Source of the DNA: Perkinsela sp. CCAP 1560/9
Taxonomy: Eukaryota > Protista > Euglenozoa: Kinetoplastea
Reading direction: 5' to 3'
Assembly: GCA_965644495.1 (NCBI GenBank)
Contig: CBFFSA010000064.1
Location: 1-40,000, forward strand
Length of the DNA stretch: 40,000 bases
The translations under genes were made by a program, and so were the position numbers. This document shows, in pieces, positions 20,966-33,138 of this stretch. The notes beneath the pieces are model-generated. The model had not been told where the DNA came from. It was given only the letters and a program-made list of their open reading frames with translations, and ran no database searches. How positions within the stretch are numbered: the stretch's first letter is position 1; every line of letters starts with the position of its first letter.

Positions 20966-21686
20966 CGTGCAATGTACAGGTTTCAACGCCACAGCGAAGC
21001 ACAACATGTTGACCAAGTTTCTGTATGATCTTTGCATGAAAGCCGGTATTCCATGCGAAAGAGAGCCGCGTTCTTTTAGCACGTGGAGTTGTCTAACATG
21101 CGGAAATACAGTCGACTACAACAATCAGCATCTCCACCACAAAACATGCGGAGGACGGCAGTTTCATCGCTCAGGCCCGGATCTTGCGATCTACTGGAAC
21201 AGTGGCGTGGTGTTCTACGACCTAACTGTGGTGCACGAGCTCGCGCCTTCCCATCGGAATAAAAAGTGTTCCCAACTCGTGCGAGAAGCTATACAGCGGA
21301 AAAATGAAACATACGTCAATAGTGGCATGATTCCGGCGGAAGCTTTTGAGTGCCTTCCTGTCTTGTCTGCTGGTCTTTACATAAGAGCACACGGGGCCTA
21401 ATTAAATCACTGACGGATGTCTGCCTGTTGGATACCCAAAACACCGAACAGGCATTCAAGTTGCTACTCCAAGAGCTGAACGGATCCGAAGTATACGCAC
21501 AGCTCCGACATTTTTTGGAGCCTCAAGACTATCAGAAAAGCACTATTCTTTAAGAAATCAAAAGTACAGAAAAGATACAAATTGGAATTATAAAGCCTGC
21601 GAAGAGATAGACAAAAATCAGTACTAAAAGTTTATGTAAACTTGAGAAAGTAATTTTGATTACGTCTTATATCGAAAAAAAAAAAA
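20966..21686 (+). mobile_element. CRE-like element C, 5'-truncated, RLE domain with a frameshift near 21372, A-run at the end
   Basis: ORFs 20967..21401 and 21350..21553 together match A and B; A-run 21675-21686. Confidence 0.85.
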
Positions 21687-22090
21687 CTAGCCCGCGAGGG
21701 CTAGGTACCCCAAGTGAGGTAGTACACGGGCAGTGAATCTCCTCCCCGTCGGCTAGCATCCTGTTTCGCGACCGTGTCGCTGTCGACACAGGCCCGCGCC
21801 TGCGCCCTCCTGTATAACAAGGGAAGGGTTCACAAGTCAGGCCGTGGAGAGGTCGAAAGACCCGGCCCGGAACGCGCGAATGGATTGGGCATAGATTGCT
21901 TGTTTTTATTGTTATTGTTTTTATTGTTCTTATACTTACGGGAGATCGAATTCCTAGTTTTGGGTTCCAAAATATGAAATTGCTAATTTGATTGCTTGTT
22001 TTAAAATCATGTACCCCCCCCCCAATGGACCTACTTGGTTCGTCTAATGGGTCAAAATATAGAGGCAATGCCGCAAAAAAAAAAAAAAAA
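21687..22090 (+). mobile_element. ~400-bp non-coding poly(A)-tailed retroposon with a structured 5' half (also at 27773, 33923)
   Basis: CTAGCCC-GCGA-GGGCTAG and GGTC-GAAA-GACC tetraloop hairpins, AT-rich 3' half, ~A18 tail. Confidence 0.55.
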
Positions 22091-24369
22091 AATGTTCACA
22101 GACAGTGACACTAAACAAAAGGATTAAATCCCCAAATGCATCCGTGATATAAGAGTTGAAGTTTCCTTATTGTAAGACCTCGTTGTCAAATCATATTCAG
22201 CGCGGGATACCAACTACGCCCGCACCGCTCTTCTTCTCTCTTCTTCTTCTTCTATTCCGCGCGGAGTTTTTTTGAAAAGGTGGGATGCCCAGCGGCGCGG
22301 CCCCCGTCGTGGGAACGCACGCTCCGCATAAAAGACGTTGTTCTGAATCTCGAGGCGGTTTTACCCACAGAAGCTGCATTCGCAGGCCTTTCAGTGCAAT
22401 TTTCGCCGGGACAGCCCACAGAAAACACCCTTTACCTGAGAGAGGTGCATTTGGGAACGTGAATACGAAACGAGCGAACAGATCACCCGTCCACAAAATC
22501 GTGGAGCATCGAGTGTCGCCGAGTAAATTGAAAGGTGTGATGGAGAAACAGGCGGAATGAGGTGGAATACAATGGTGTGCTGCATGGCGAGGTTGTGGTG
22601 TTTGTTTGCGCTGTTGGGGGTAGAGGTGTCTAGTTTGGTGTGAATTTGTTATCGCATTGGATGTTTCTGTGAAAATCATATTTTCCGGAGTAAGCATACG
22701 GTGGGGGGGAATACAATGGTGCGCTGCGTGGTGCGTCGGGTGTGCTTGTTGTGGCGTTTGAAGAGTAGATGTGTCTACGTTGTAGGGATGGTGTCTGTTT
22801 CATTATGGAGTATTGTACGATGCTTGCAAAAAAAATACTTGCCCTGAGATGAATGTTCACAGACAGTGGCACATGTGCTGCGCTGTTTGAATCAGCTTGT
22901 GATCATCAAAGCCACAACGCTCGAGAAACACACATGCACTCATCTCCTTTTTCGTTTGGCTTTTTTTTTCTTCGTTGTCTTCGCCCTCCCCTCGCCACCC
23001 CCTTGGTCGCCCTCTGTTGCCCCCTGCGTCGCTCTGCCGCGCCGCTTTTCGCCCCCCACCCACTGCGCTGTCCCCTTCGCCGCCCATTCCCCCTCCCTCC
23101 CTGCTCCCACCTGCGCCACTCTTTCCCTTCCCACAACAACAACAACAACAACACTGATATAATCAGTTAAGGGGTTAATATTTTCCCTTAAACATCTTCA
23201 CACCTTAGATTAAAAACACTGACCACACAACTGTTTACCATATCTCAAATTTAATGTTTGTTTTAATGAGTCCTCGCATAATGATGAGTCTTTTCATTAC
23301 AATAAACCAGGAAATGGAACCACCAACGCCCCTAGAGTTCAACGCAAATTGAAGGTATCAACTACTTGAGCGCTTCCCTTCCCACTCTTTCCCTTCATCC
23401 CCTCTGCCACCCCCTCACGCTGCATCTCGAAGAATGGCGCCGCCCGGTACCGAATATAACAAGGTACTAAAAAACTAGTGTAGGCGTCATTCACGCTTTT
23501 CTTTTCTTTTTTCTTTCTTTCTGCGGCTTGCAACTAGCCCATGATAACGGGGCTAGGGTAACAATTTGGAGAGATACGAGCTTGTTGAAGCTGAGGTTTG
23601 GCCTGTTGAAGCTGAGGAGCCAGTCCGCTCGAGGGGATACCACCCTAGAAGACTTGGTCCGTTGAAGCTGAGGTGCTAAAACCGTTGAAGCTGAGAGTCG
23701 ACACTCCCAAACTATGCCAGCAAGCAGGCAAGGGGTCAAGGAGCACTGCTTTTGGCAGTGTCCGGGTGTGGCGAACCCCACCCTCCTAGCTAATCCAGAT
23801 TCCCGCAGCGGACTTTCAGTCTGCGCGTTAGCTGGATCGGCTTGCATTGGCTCTGTGCTGCAATTCTTTTAGGTCTGCGCATGGGTCGTGCGGGTCGGAG
23901 CTACCTTCGGCTCTCTCCGAGGAGGCAACACCCCGTCTACGGGGTTTTTACCTGAATACATAACATAACATAACTTGCCCTGAGATGAATGTTCACAGAC
24001 AGTGGCACATGTGCTGCGCTGTTTGAATCAGCATGTGAGCATCAAAGCCACAACGCTCGAGAAACACACATGCACTCATCTCCTTTTTCGTTTGGCATTT
24101 GCCACGTTTTTCAGTTTTTTGTTCTAAAAGTGACGTTCGATTTGGGGTGGTGTGGATCGCGCTTTGGAGCCAGGAAGTCGTGCGAGGCTGTCGGCTATCC
24201 GAACGGCGGCTTCTCGAATCTTGTCCCGCTGGGAGGTGCAGAATGGCATCGGAGAGATGAAAACAAATCAAGCACGATTAGATTCATACGGACGAATTCT
24301 TAGCTGGAGAGAATGGTTGAAAACTGTTCACTCGATCTTGATCAGTTCCTTGTGGTAGAGACTCGGAAG

Positions 24370-24450
24370 GCGTCTATACCCAAGTGGTTAAGGGGCCTGA
24401 CTTGAAATCAGGTGTGTTCTCACGCGCAGGTTCAAACCATGCTGGGCGCG
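24370..24450 (+). tRNA. tRNA-Ser-TGA: tRNA-Ser(UGA) copy A, unit 2
   Basis: Same as 18284-18364. Confidence 0.75.
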
Positions 24451-24802
24451 TTTTCCTTCCACAAGCGTTGTCAAATCATATTCAGCGCGGGGTACCAACT
24501 ACGCCCGCACCGCTCTTCTTCTCTCTTCTTCTTCTTCTATTCCGCGCGGAGTTTTTTTGAAAAGGTGGGATGCCCAGCGGCGCGGCACCCGTCGTGGGAA
24601 CTCACGCTCCGCATAAAAGACGTTGTTCTGAATCTCGAGGCGGTTTTACCCACAGAAGCTGCATTCGCAGGCCTTTCAGTGCAATTTTCGCCAGGACAGC
24701 CCACAGAAAACACCCTTTACCTGAGAGAGGTGCATTTGGGAACGTGAATACGAAACGAGCGAACAGATCACCCGCCCACAAAATCGTGGAGCATCGAGAT
24801 TA

Positions 24803-25525
24803 GTGCCCAGCAGACTATTCACCCTTGCGGTAATGCCTCGTTTTGGACTGGCACATCCCAGGCTCCCTGCACACCTACAGTGCCCCGGGTGTCACACCTT
24901 GCTGACTTCCGAGAACGCTATTTCCCACGTGGCTGGATGCTCGACTTGCACTGGTAACAACGCGACAACGAAGCACAACAAAATGGTCCACAGACTGTAT
25001 GAATTATGCATCAAAGCAGGCATTCCTTGTGAACGAGAACCCCGGCAGTTCTCTACGTACACGTGTGGCAAATGTGGAGCTCATCTGGATGGGGATTCTA
25101 AACCATCACACCAAAGGATCTGCGGATCAGGATCTTTTCACCACTCAGGGCCGGATCTAGTTATTCACTGGGCCGACGGAGACGTATTCTACGACTTCAC
25201 CATTGTGCATGAACTATGTCCTTCGAATTTAACGCGAGGCGGCACAATCCTTATGAGGGACGCCATCAAACGGAAGAACAAGACGTACGTAGCCTCAAAA
25301 CTGCTCCCCCAAATCCAATTTCAGTGCATACCGATGCTTGCAGGAGGAGCTATGCACGCTAACACAAAGAACCTACTTCTCGCTTTAGCCGACGCGTGTG
25401 GATTAGAGCGGGATTACGTGATCCAAGATTTTACACTTCGATTACAAGAATTCAACGGATCGGTTGTTCTCTCGCAACTTGGCAAATTTCTAGTGCCGCA
25501 GAGCCGAGAAGATACGGCGATTTAA
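24803..25525 (+). CDS. Zn-knuckle + RLE ORF of element A, unit 2
   Basis: Protein identical to 18717..19439; GTG start at the truncation point, first ATG just before the knuckle. Expression unknown. Confidence 0.55.
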   Translation: MPSRLFTLAVMPRFGLAHPRLPAHLQCPGCHTLLTSENAISHVAGCSTCTGNNATTKHNKMVHRLYELCIKAGIPCEREPRQFSTYTCGKCGAHLDGDSKPSHQRICGSGSFHHSGPDLVIHWADGDVFYDFTIVHELCPSNLTRGGTILMRDAIKRKNKTYVASKLLPQIQFQCIPMLAGGAMHANTKNLLLALADACGLERDYVIQDFTLRLQEFNGSVVLSQLGKFLVPQSREDTAI

Positions 25526-26108
25526 TCAACCATTCTTTATTAATTATGAAAACTTGAGAAAGTAATTGTGGTTCCGGCTCAACACATGAGAGAAAATCAT
25601 ATTATTCATTATCTGAAAACATCTGTCAGTTTCTTCGTCTGTAGGTTCCTTTGAGATACAGTTTATTTTAAACGAGCGAACAGATCACCCGCCCACAAAA
25701 TCGTGGAGATTTTCCACGTCCACCCCGTTACATCGTGTCTCAAGCCTCCTTTGCGTAAGCAGCTCGCAATTTAGCGGCTGCGCTGGAGCCTGGTTCAACT
25801 CGGCGGTTCCGGGTTGGTCCTCCAGGGGAGCGGGGTTGGGTGTGGGCCTTGAAGGCACTCCTGATCGCTTTCCCTTTGTAGTGAGGCCGCCAGGTTGCGA
25901 GTTTTGTCGATAGCGGGAATCGAACCCACAACCTACAGGTTGTAAGGCCCACCGTCTACCAACTACGCCCGCACCGCACTTATGGCATCGGAGAGATGAA
26001 AACAAATCAAGCACGATTAGATTCATACGGACGAATTCTTAGCTGGAGAGAATGGTTGAAAACTGTTCACTCGATCTTGATCAGTTCCTTGTGGTAGAGA
26101 CTCGGAAG

Positions 26109-26189
26109 GCGTCTATACCCAAGTGGTTAAGGGGCCTGACTTGAAATCAGGTGTGTTCTCACGCGCAGGTTGAAACCCTGCTGGGCGCG
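26109..26189 (+). tRNA. tRNA-Ser-TGA: tRNA-Ser(UGA) copy B, unit 2
   Basis: Same as 20023-20103. Confidence 0.75.
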
Positions 26190-26206
26190 TTTTCCTTCCA
26201 CAAGCG

Positions 26207-26959
26207 TTGTCATGGCTCACCTCAAATTCTAGACTTGTACCTACGCGACTTTTCAAGTTAGCAGTTATGCCACGCATTGGGATTGCACATCCGAGCCTCC
26301 CCTCCAATTTACAGTGTCCAGGGTGCCATGCATTACTTAACCCCCGTACAGCGCTCACGCACGTGTCCGGGTGCGTCAAATGTTCAGGCAATAACGCAAC
26401 GGCAAAGCACAACAAGATGGTTCGGAATATTTATGAATTATGCATAAAATCAGGTCTGCCCTTTGAGCTGGAACCCAGACAGTTCTCCACCTACACTTGC
26501 GCAAAATGTGGAGCAAGCGTGGATGGCGACGGCAAATCCCATCACCAAAGAACCTGCGGATCCGGATCTTTTTATCATTCGGGCCCAGATATCGTGATTC
26601 ATTGGGCAAGCGGAGATGTATACTACGATTTCACCATCGGCCACGAGCTATCGCAATCAAATGTTGGACGTAGCACCGCTCAGCTTTTCCGTGATGCCAT
26701 AAAACGCAAAGTCTCCAAATACGTGGCGTCTAAGCTTATTCCTAATGAGCAATTCCAATGTGTACCAATGCTCTCCGGCGGTGCAATGCACAGCAACACC
26801 AAAGCGCTTATCACAACCCTGGCTGATGCATGTGGACTCGAACGGGACTTCGTAGTACAGGATTTCACCCTTCGACTACAGGAACTTAACGGTTCAGTGG
26901 TGATGTCCCAACTCCGCAAATACATAGCCACAACTCAAGTGGACAATACGGCTTTTTAG
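26207..26959 (+). CDS. Zn-knuckle + RLE ORF of element B, unit 2
   Basis: Protein identical to 20121..20873. Expression unknown. Confidence 0.55.
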   Translation: MSWLTSNSRLVPTRLFKLAVMPRIGIAHPSLPSNLQCPGCHALLNPRTALTHVSGCVKCSGNNATAKHNKMVRNIYELCIKSGLPFELEPRQFSTYTCAKCGASVDGDGKSHHQRTCGSGSFYHSGPDIVIHWASGDVYYDFTIGHELSQSNVGRSTAQLFRDAIKRKVSKYVASKLIPNEQFQCVPMLSGGAMHSNTKALITTLADACGLERDFVVQDFTLRLQELNGSVVMSQLRKYIATTQVDNTAF

Positions 26960-27051
26960 GCACGTGCGAGTTTTTCGGTAGGCGTTGACTATTGATATAA
27001 GAGTTGAAGTTTAGACGACTGAAAGTCTATGAAAAGAAACTGAGATGAATG

Positions 27052-27772
27052 CGTGCAATGTACAGGTTTCAACGCCACAGCGAAGCACAACATGTTGACC
27101 AAGTTTCTGTATGATCTTTGCATGAAAGCCGGTATTCCATGCGAAAGAGAGCCGCGTTCTTTTAGCACGTGGAGTTGTCTAACATGCGGAAATACAGTCG
27201 ACTACAACAATCAGCATCTCCACCACAAAACATGCGGAGGACGGCAGTTTCATCGCTCAGGCCCGGATCTTGCGATCTACTGGAACAGTGGCGTGGTGTT
27301 CTACGACCTAACTGTGGTGCACGAGCTCGCGCCTTCCCATCGGAATAAAAAGTGTTCCCAACTCGTGCGAGAAGCTATACAGCGGAAAAATGAAACATAC
27401 GTCAATAGTGGCATGATTCCGGCGGAAGCTTTTGAGTGCCTTCCTGTCTTGTCTGCTGGTCTTTACATAAGAGCACACGGGGCCTAATTAAATCACTGAC
27501 GGATGTCTGCCTGTTGGATACCCAAAACACCGAACAGGCATTCAAGTTGCTACTCCAAGAGCTGAACGGATCCGAAGTATACGCACAGCTCCGACATTTT
27601 TTGGAGCCTCAAGACTATCAGAAAAGCACTATTCTTTAAGAAATCAAAAGTACAGAAAAGATACAAATTGGAATTATAAAGCCTGCGAAGAGATAGACAA
27701 AAATCAGTACTAAAAGTTTATGTAAACTTGAGAAAGTAATTTTGATTACGTCTTATATCGAAAAAAAAAAAA
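27052..27772 (+). pseudogene. Element C RLE fragment, unit 2
   Basis: Same frameshift as unit 1. Confidence 0.8.
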
Positions 27773-30456
27773 CTAGCCCGCGAGGGCTAGGTACCCCAAG
27801 TGAGGTAGTACACGGGCAGTGAATCTCCTCCCCGTCGGCTAGCATCCTGTTTCGCGACCGTGTCGCTGTCGACACAGGCCCGCGCCTGCGCCCTCCTGTA
27901 TAACAAGGGAAGGGTTCACAAGTCAGGCCGTGGAGAGGTCGAAAGACCCGGCCCGGAACGCGCGAATGGATTGGGCATAGATTGCTTGTTTTTATTGTTA
28001 TTGTTTTTATTGTTCTTATACTTACGGGAGATCGAATTCCTAGTTTTGGGTTCCAAAATATGAAATTGCTAATTTGATTGCTTGTTTTAAAATCATGTAC
28101 CCCCCCCCCCAATGGACCTACTTGGTTCGTCTAATGGGTCAAAATATAGAGGCAATGCCGCAAAAAAAAAAAAAAAAAATGTTCACAGACAGTGACACTA
28201 AACAAAAGGATTAAATCCCCAAATGCATCCGTGATATAAGAGTTGAAGTTTCCTTATTGTAAGACCTCGTTGTCAAATCATATTCAGCGCGGGATACCAA
28301 CTACGCCCGCACCGCTCTTCTTCTCTCTTCTTCTTCTTCTATTCCGCGCGGAGTTTTTTTGAAAAGGTGGGATGCCCAGCGGCGCGGCCCCCGTCGTGGG
28401 AACGCACGCTCCGCATAAAAGACGTTGTTCTGAATCTCGAGGCGGTTTTACCCACAGAAGCTGCATTCGCAGGCCTTTCAGTGCAATTTTCGCCGGGACA
28501 GCCCACAGAAAACACCCTTTACCTGAGAGAGGTGCATTTGGGAACGTGAATACGAAACGAGCGAACAGATCACCCGTCCACAAAATCGTGGAGCATCGAG
28601 TGTCGCCGAGTAAATTGAAAGGTGTGATGGAGAAACAGGCGGAATGAGGTGGAATACAATGGTGTGCTGCATGGCGAGGTTGTGGTGTTTGTTTGCGCTG
28701 TTGGGGGTAGAGGTGTCTAGTTTGGTGTGAATTTGTTATCGCATTGGATGTTTCTGTGAAAATCATATTTTCCGGAGTAAGCATACGGTGGGGGGGAATA
28801 CAATGGTGCGCTGCGTGGTGCGTCGGGTGTGCTTGTTGTGGCGTTTGAAGAGTAGATGTGTCTACGTTGTAGGGATGGTGTCTGTTTCATTATGGAGTAT
28901 TGTACGATGCTTGCAAAAAAAATACTTGCCCTGAGATGAATGTTCACAGACAGTGGCACATGTGCTGCGCTGTTTGAATCAGCTTGTGATCATCAAAGCC
29001 ACAACGCTCGAGAAACACACATGCACTCATCTCCTTTTTCGTTTGGCTTTTTTTTTCTTCGTTGTCTTCGCCCTCCCCTCGCCACCCCCTTGGTCGCCCT
29101 CTGTTGCCCCCTGCGTCGCTCTGCCGCGCCGCTTTTCGCCCCCCACCCACTGCGCTGTCCCCTTCGCCGCCCATTCCCCCTCCCTCCCTGCTCCCACCTG
29201 CGCCACTCTTTCCCTTCCCACAACAACAACAACAACAACACTGATATAATCAGTTAAGGGGTTAATATTTTCCCTTAAACATCTTCACACCTTAGATTAA
29301 AAACACTGACCACACAACTGTTTACCATATCTCAAATTTAATGTTTGTTTTAATGAGTCCTCGCATAATGATGAGTCTTTTCATTACAATAAACCAGGAA
29401 ATGGAACCACCAACGCCCCTAGAGTTCAACGCAAATTGAAGGTATCAACTACTTGAGCGCTTCCCTTCCCACTCTTTCCCTTCATCCCCTCTGCCACCCC
29501 CTCACGCTGCATCTCGAAGAATGGCGCCGCCCGGTACCGAATATAACAAGGTACTAAAAAACTAGTGTAGGCGTCATTCACGCTTTTCTTTTCTTTTTTC
29601 TTTCTTTCTGCGGCTTGCAACTAGCCCATGATAACGGGGCTAGGGTAACAATTTGGAGAGATACGAGCTTGTTGAAGCTGAGGTTTGGCCTGTTGAAGCT
29701 GAGGAGCCAGTCCGCTCGAGGGGATACCACCCTAGAAGACTTGGTCCGTTGAAGCTGAGGTGCTAAAACCGTTGAAGCTGAGAGTCGACACTCCCAAACT
29801 ATGCCAGCAAGCAGGCAAGGGGTCAAGGAGCACTGCTTTTGGCAGTGTCCGGGTGTGGCGAACCCCACCCTCCTAGCTAATCCAGATTCCCGCAGCGGAC
29901 TTTCAGTCTGCGCGTTAGCTGGATCGGCTTGCATTGGCTCTGTGCTGCAATCCTTTTAGGTCTGCGCATGGGTCGTGCGGGTCGGAGCTACCTTCGGCTC
30001 TCTCCGAGGAGGCAACACCCCGTCTACGGGGTTTTTACCTGAATACATAACATAACATAACTTGCCCTGAGATGAATGTTCACAGACAGTGGCACATGTG
30101 CTGCGCTGTTTGAATCAGCATGTGAGCATCAAAGCCACAACGCTCGAGAAACACACATGCACTCATCTCCTTTTTCGTTTGGCATTTGCCACGTTTTTCA
30201 GTTTTTTGTTCTAAAAGTGACGTTCGATTTGGGGTGGTGTGGATCGCGCTTTGGAGCCAGGAAGTCGTGCGAGGCTGTCGGCTATCCGAACGGCGGCTTC
30301 TCGAATCTTGTCCCGCTGGGAGGTGCAGAATGGCATCGGAGAGATGAAAACAAATCAAGCACGATTAGATTCATACGGACGAATTCTTAGCTGGAGAGAA
30401 TGGTTGAAAACTGTTCACTCGATCTTGATCAGTTCCTTGTGGTAGAGACTCGGAAG

Positions 30457-30537
30457 GCGTCTATACCCAAATGGTTAAGGGGCCTGACTTGAAATCAGGT
30501 GTGTTCTCACGCGCAGGTTCAAACCATGCTGGGCGCG
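30457..30537 (+). tRNA. tRNA-Ser-TGA: tRNA-Ser(UGA) copy A, unit 3 (extra D-loop G>A)
   Basis: CCCAAATGG instead of CCCAAGTGG, plus the T-stem mismatch. Confidence 0.7.
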
Positions 30538-30889
30538 TTTTCCTTCCACAAGCGTTGTCAAATCATATTCAGCGCGGGGTACCAACTACGCCCGCACCGC
30601 TCTTCTTCTCTCTTCTTCTTCTTCTATTCCGCGCGGAGTTTTTTTGAAAAGGTGGGATGCCCAGCGGCGCGGCACCCGTCGTGGGAACTCACGCTCCGCA
30701 TAAAAGACGTTGTTCTGAATCTCGAGGCAGTTTTACCCACAGAAGCTGCATTCGCAGGCCTTTCAGTGCAATTTTCGCCAGGACAGCCCACAGAAAACAC
30801 CCTTTACCTGAGAGAGGTGCATTTGGGAACGTGAATACGAAACGAGCGAACAGATCACCCGCCCACAAAATCGTGGAGCATCGAGATTA

Positions 30890-31612
30890 GTGCCCAGCAG
30901 ACTATTCACCCTTGCGGTAATGCCTCGTTTTGGACTGGCACATCCCAGGCTCCCTGCACACCTACAGTGCCCCGGGTGTCACACCTTGCTGACTTCCGAG
31001 AACGCTATTTCCCACGTGGCTGGATGCTCGACTTGCACTGGTAACAACGCGACAACGAAGCACAACAAAATGGTCCACAGACTGTATGAATTATGCATCA
31101 AAGCAGGCATTCCTTGTGAACGAGAACCCCGGCAGTTCTCTACGTACACGTGTGGCAAATGTGGAGCTCATCTGGATGGGGATTCTAAACCATCACACCA
31201 AAGGATCTGCGGATCAGGATCTTTTCACCACTCAGGGCCGGATCTAGTTATTCACTGGGCCGACGGAGACGTATTCTACGACTTCACCATTGTGCATGAA
31301 CTATGTCCTTCGAATTTAACGCGAGGCGGCACAATCCTTATGAGGGACGCCATCAAACGGAAGAACAAGACGTACGTAGCCTCAAAACTGCTCCCCCAAA
31401 TCCAATTTCAGTGCATACCGATGCTTGCAGGAGGAGCTATGCACGCTAACACAAAGAACCTACTTCTCGCTTTAGCCGACGCGTGTGGATTAGAGCGGGA
31501 TTACGTGATCCAAGATTTTACACTTCGATTACAAGAATTCAACGGATCGGTTGTTCTCTCGCAACTTGGCAATTTTCTAGTGCCGCAGAGCCGAGAAGAT
31601 ACGGCGATTTAA
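30890..31612 (+). CDS. Zn-knuckle + RLE ORF of element A, unit 3
   Basis: One K>N change near the C-terminus. Confidence 0.55.
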   Translation: MPSRLFTLAVMPRFGLAHPRLPAHLQCPGCHTLLTSENAISHVAGCSTCTGNNATTKHNKMVHRLYELCIKAGIPCEREPRQFSTYTCGKCGAHLDGDSKPSHQRICGSGSFHHSGPDLVIHWADGDVFYDFTIVHELCPSNLTRGGTILMRDAIKRKNKTYVASKLLPQIQFQCIPMLAGGAMHANTKNLLLALADACGLERDYVIQDFTLRLQEFNGSVVLSQLGNFLVPQSREDTAI

Positions 31613-32195
31613 TCAACCATTCTTTATTAATTATGAAAACTTGAGAAAGTAATTGTGGTTCCGGCTCAACACATGAGAGAAAATCATATTATTCATTATC
31701 TGAAAACATCTGTCAGTTTCTTCGTCTTTAGGTTCCTTTGAGATACAGTTTATTTTAAACGAGCGAACAGATCACCCGCCCACAAAATCGTGGAGATTTT
31801 CCACGTCCACCCCGTTACATCGTGTCTCAAGCCTCCTTTGCGTAAGCAGCTCGCAATTTAGCGGCTGCGCTGGAGCCTGGTTCAACTCGGCGGTTCCGGG
31901 TTGGTCCTCCAGGGGAGCGGGGTTGGGTGTGGGCCTTGAAGGAACTCCTGATCGCTTTCCCTTTGTAGTGAGGCCGCCAGGTTGCGAGTTTTGTCGATAG
32001 CGGGAATCGAACCCACAACCTACAGGTTGTAAGGCCCACCGTCTACCAACTACGCCCGCACCGCACTTATGGCATCGGAGAGATGAAAACAAATCAAGCA
32101 CGATTAGATTCATACGGACGAATTCTTAGCTGGAGAGAATGGTTGAAAACTGTTCACTCGATCTTGATCAGTTCCTTGTGGTAGAGACTCGGAAG

Positions 32196-32276
32196 GCGTC
32201 TATACCCAAGTGGTTAAGGGGCCTGACTTGAAATCAGGTGTGTTCTCACGCGCAGGTTGAAACCCTGCTGGGCGCG
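32196..32276 (+). tRNA. tRNA-Ser-TGA: tRNA-Ser(UGA) copy B, unit 3
   Basis: Same as 20023-20103. Confidence 0.75.
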
Positions 32277-32293
32277 TTTTCCTTCCACAAGCG

Positions 32294-33046
32294 TTGTCAT
32301 GGCTCACCTCAAATTCTAGACTTGTACCTACGCGACTTTTCAAGTTAGCAGTTATGCCACGCATTGGGATTGCACATCCGAGCCTCCCCTCCAATTTACA
32401 GTGTCCAGGGTGCCATGCATTACTTAACCCCCGTACAGCGCTCACGCACGTGTCCGGGTGCGTCAAATGTTCAGGCAATAACGCAACGGCAAAGCACAAC
32501 AAGATGGTTCGGAATATTTATGAATTATGCATAAAATCAGGTCTGCCCTTTGAGCTGGAACCCAGACAGTTCTCCACCTACACTTGCGCAAAATGTGGAG
32601 CAAGCGTGGATGGCGACGGCAAATCCCATCACCAAAGAACCTGCGGATCCGGATCTTTTTATCATTCGGGCCCAGATATCGTGATTCATTGGGCAAGCGG
32701 AGATGTATACTACGATTTCACCATCGGCCACGAGCTATCGCAATCAAATGTTGGACGTAGCACCGCTCAGCTTTTCCGTGATGCCATAAAACGCAAAGTC
32801 TCCAAATACGTGGCGTCTAAGCTTATTCCTAATGAGCAATTCCAATGTGTACCAATGCTCTCCGGCGGTGCAATGCACAGCAACACCAAAGCGCTTATCA
32901 CAACCCTGGCTGATGCATGTGGACTCGAACGGGACTTCGTAGTACAGGATTTCACCCTTCGACTACAGGAACTTAACGGTTCAGTGGTGATGTCCCAACT
33001 CCGCAAATACATAGCCACAACTCAAGTGGACAATACGGCTTTTTAG
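32294..33046 (+). CDS. Zn-knuckle + RLE ORF of element B, unit 3
   Basis: Identical protein. Confidence 0.55.
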   Translation: MSWLTSNSRLVPTRLFKLAVMPRIGIAHPSLPSNLQCPGCHALLNPRTALTHVSGCVKCSGNNATAKHNKMVRNIYELCIKSGLPFELEPRQFSTYTCAKCGASVDGDGKSHHQRTCGSGSFYHSGPDIVIHWASGDVYYDFTIGHELSQSNVGRSTAQLFRDAIKRKVSKYVASKLIPNEQFQCVPMLSGGAMHSNTKALITTLADACGLERDFVVQDFTLRLQELNGSVVMSQLRKYIATTQVDNTAF

Positions 33047-33138
33047 GCACGTGCGAGTTTTTCGGTAGGCGTTGACTATTGATATAAGAGTTGAAGTTTA
33101 GACGACTGAAAGTCTATGAAAAGAAACTGAGATGAATG

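Larger units (their letters stand above)
20127..22180 (+). mobile_element. CRE-like element B, 5'-truncated; open Zn-knuckle + RLE ORF to 20873; 3' UTR split by a nested insert at 20927-22144
   Basis: Same motifs as A. 8-bp duplication CGTTGTCA at 20119-20126 / 22181-22188; nested 20-bp duplication at 20907-20926 / 22145-22164. Confidence 0.88.
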
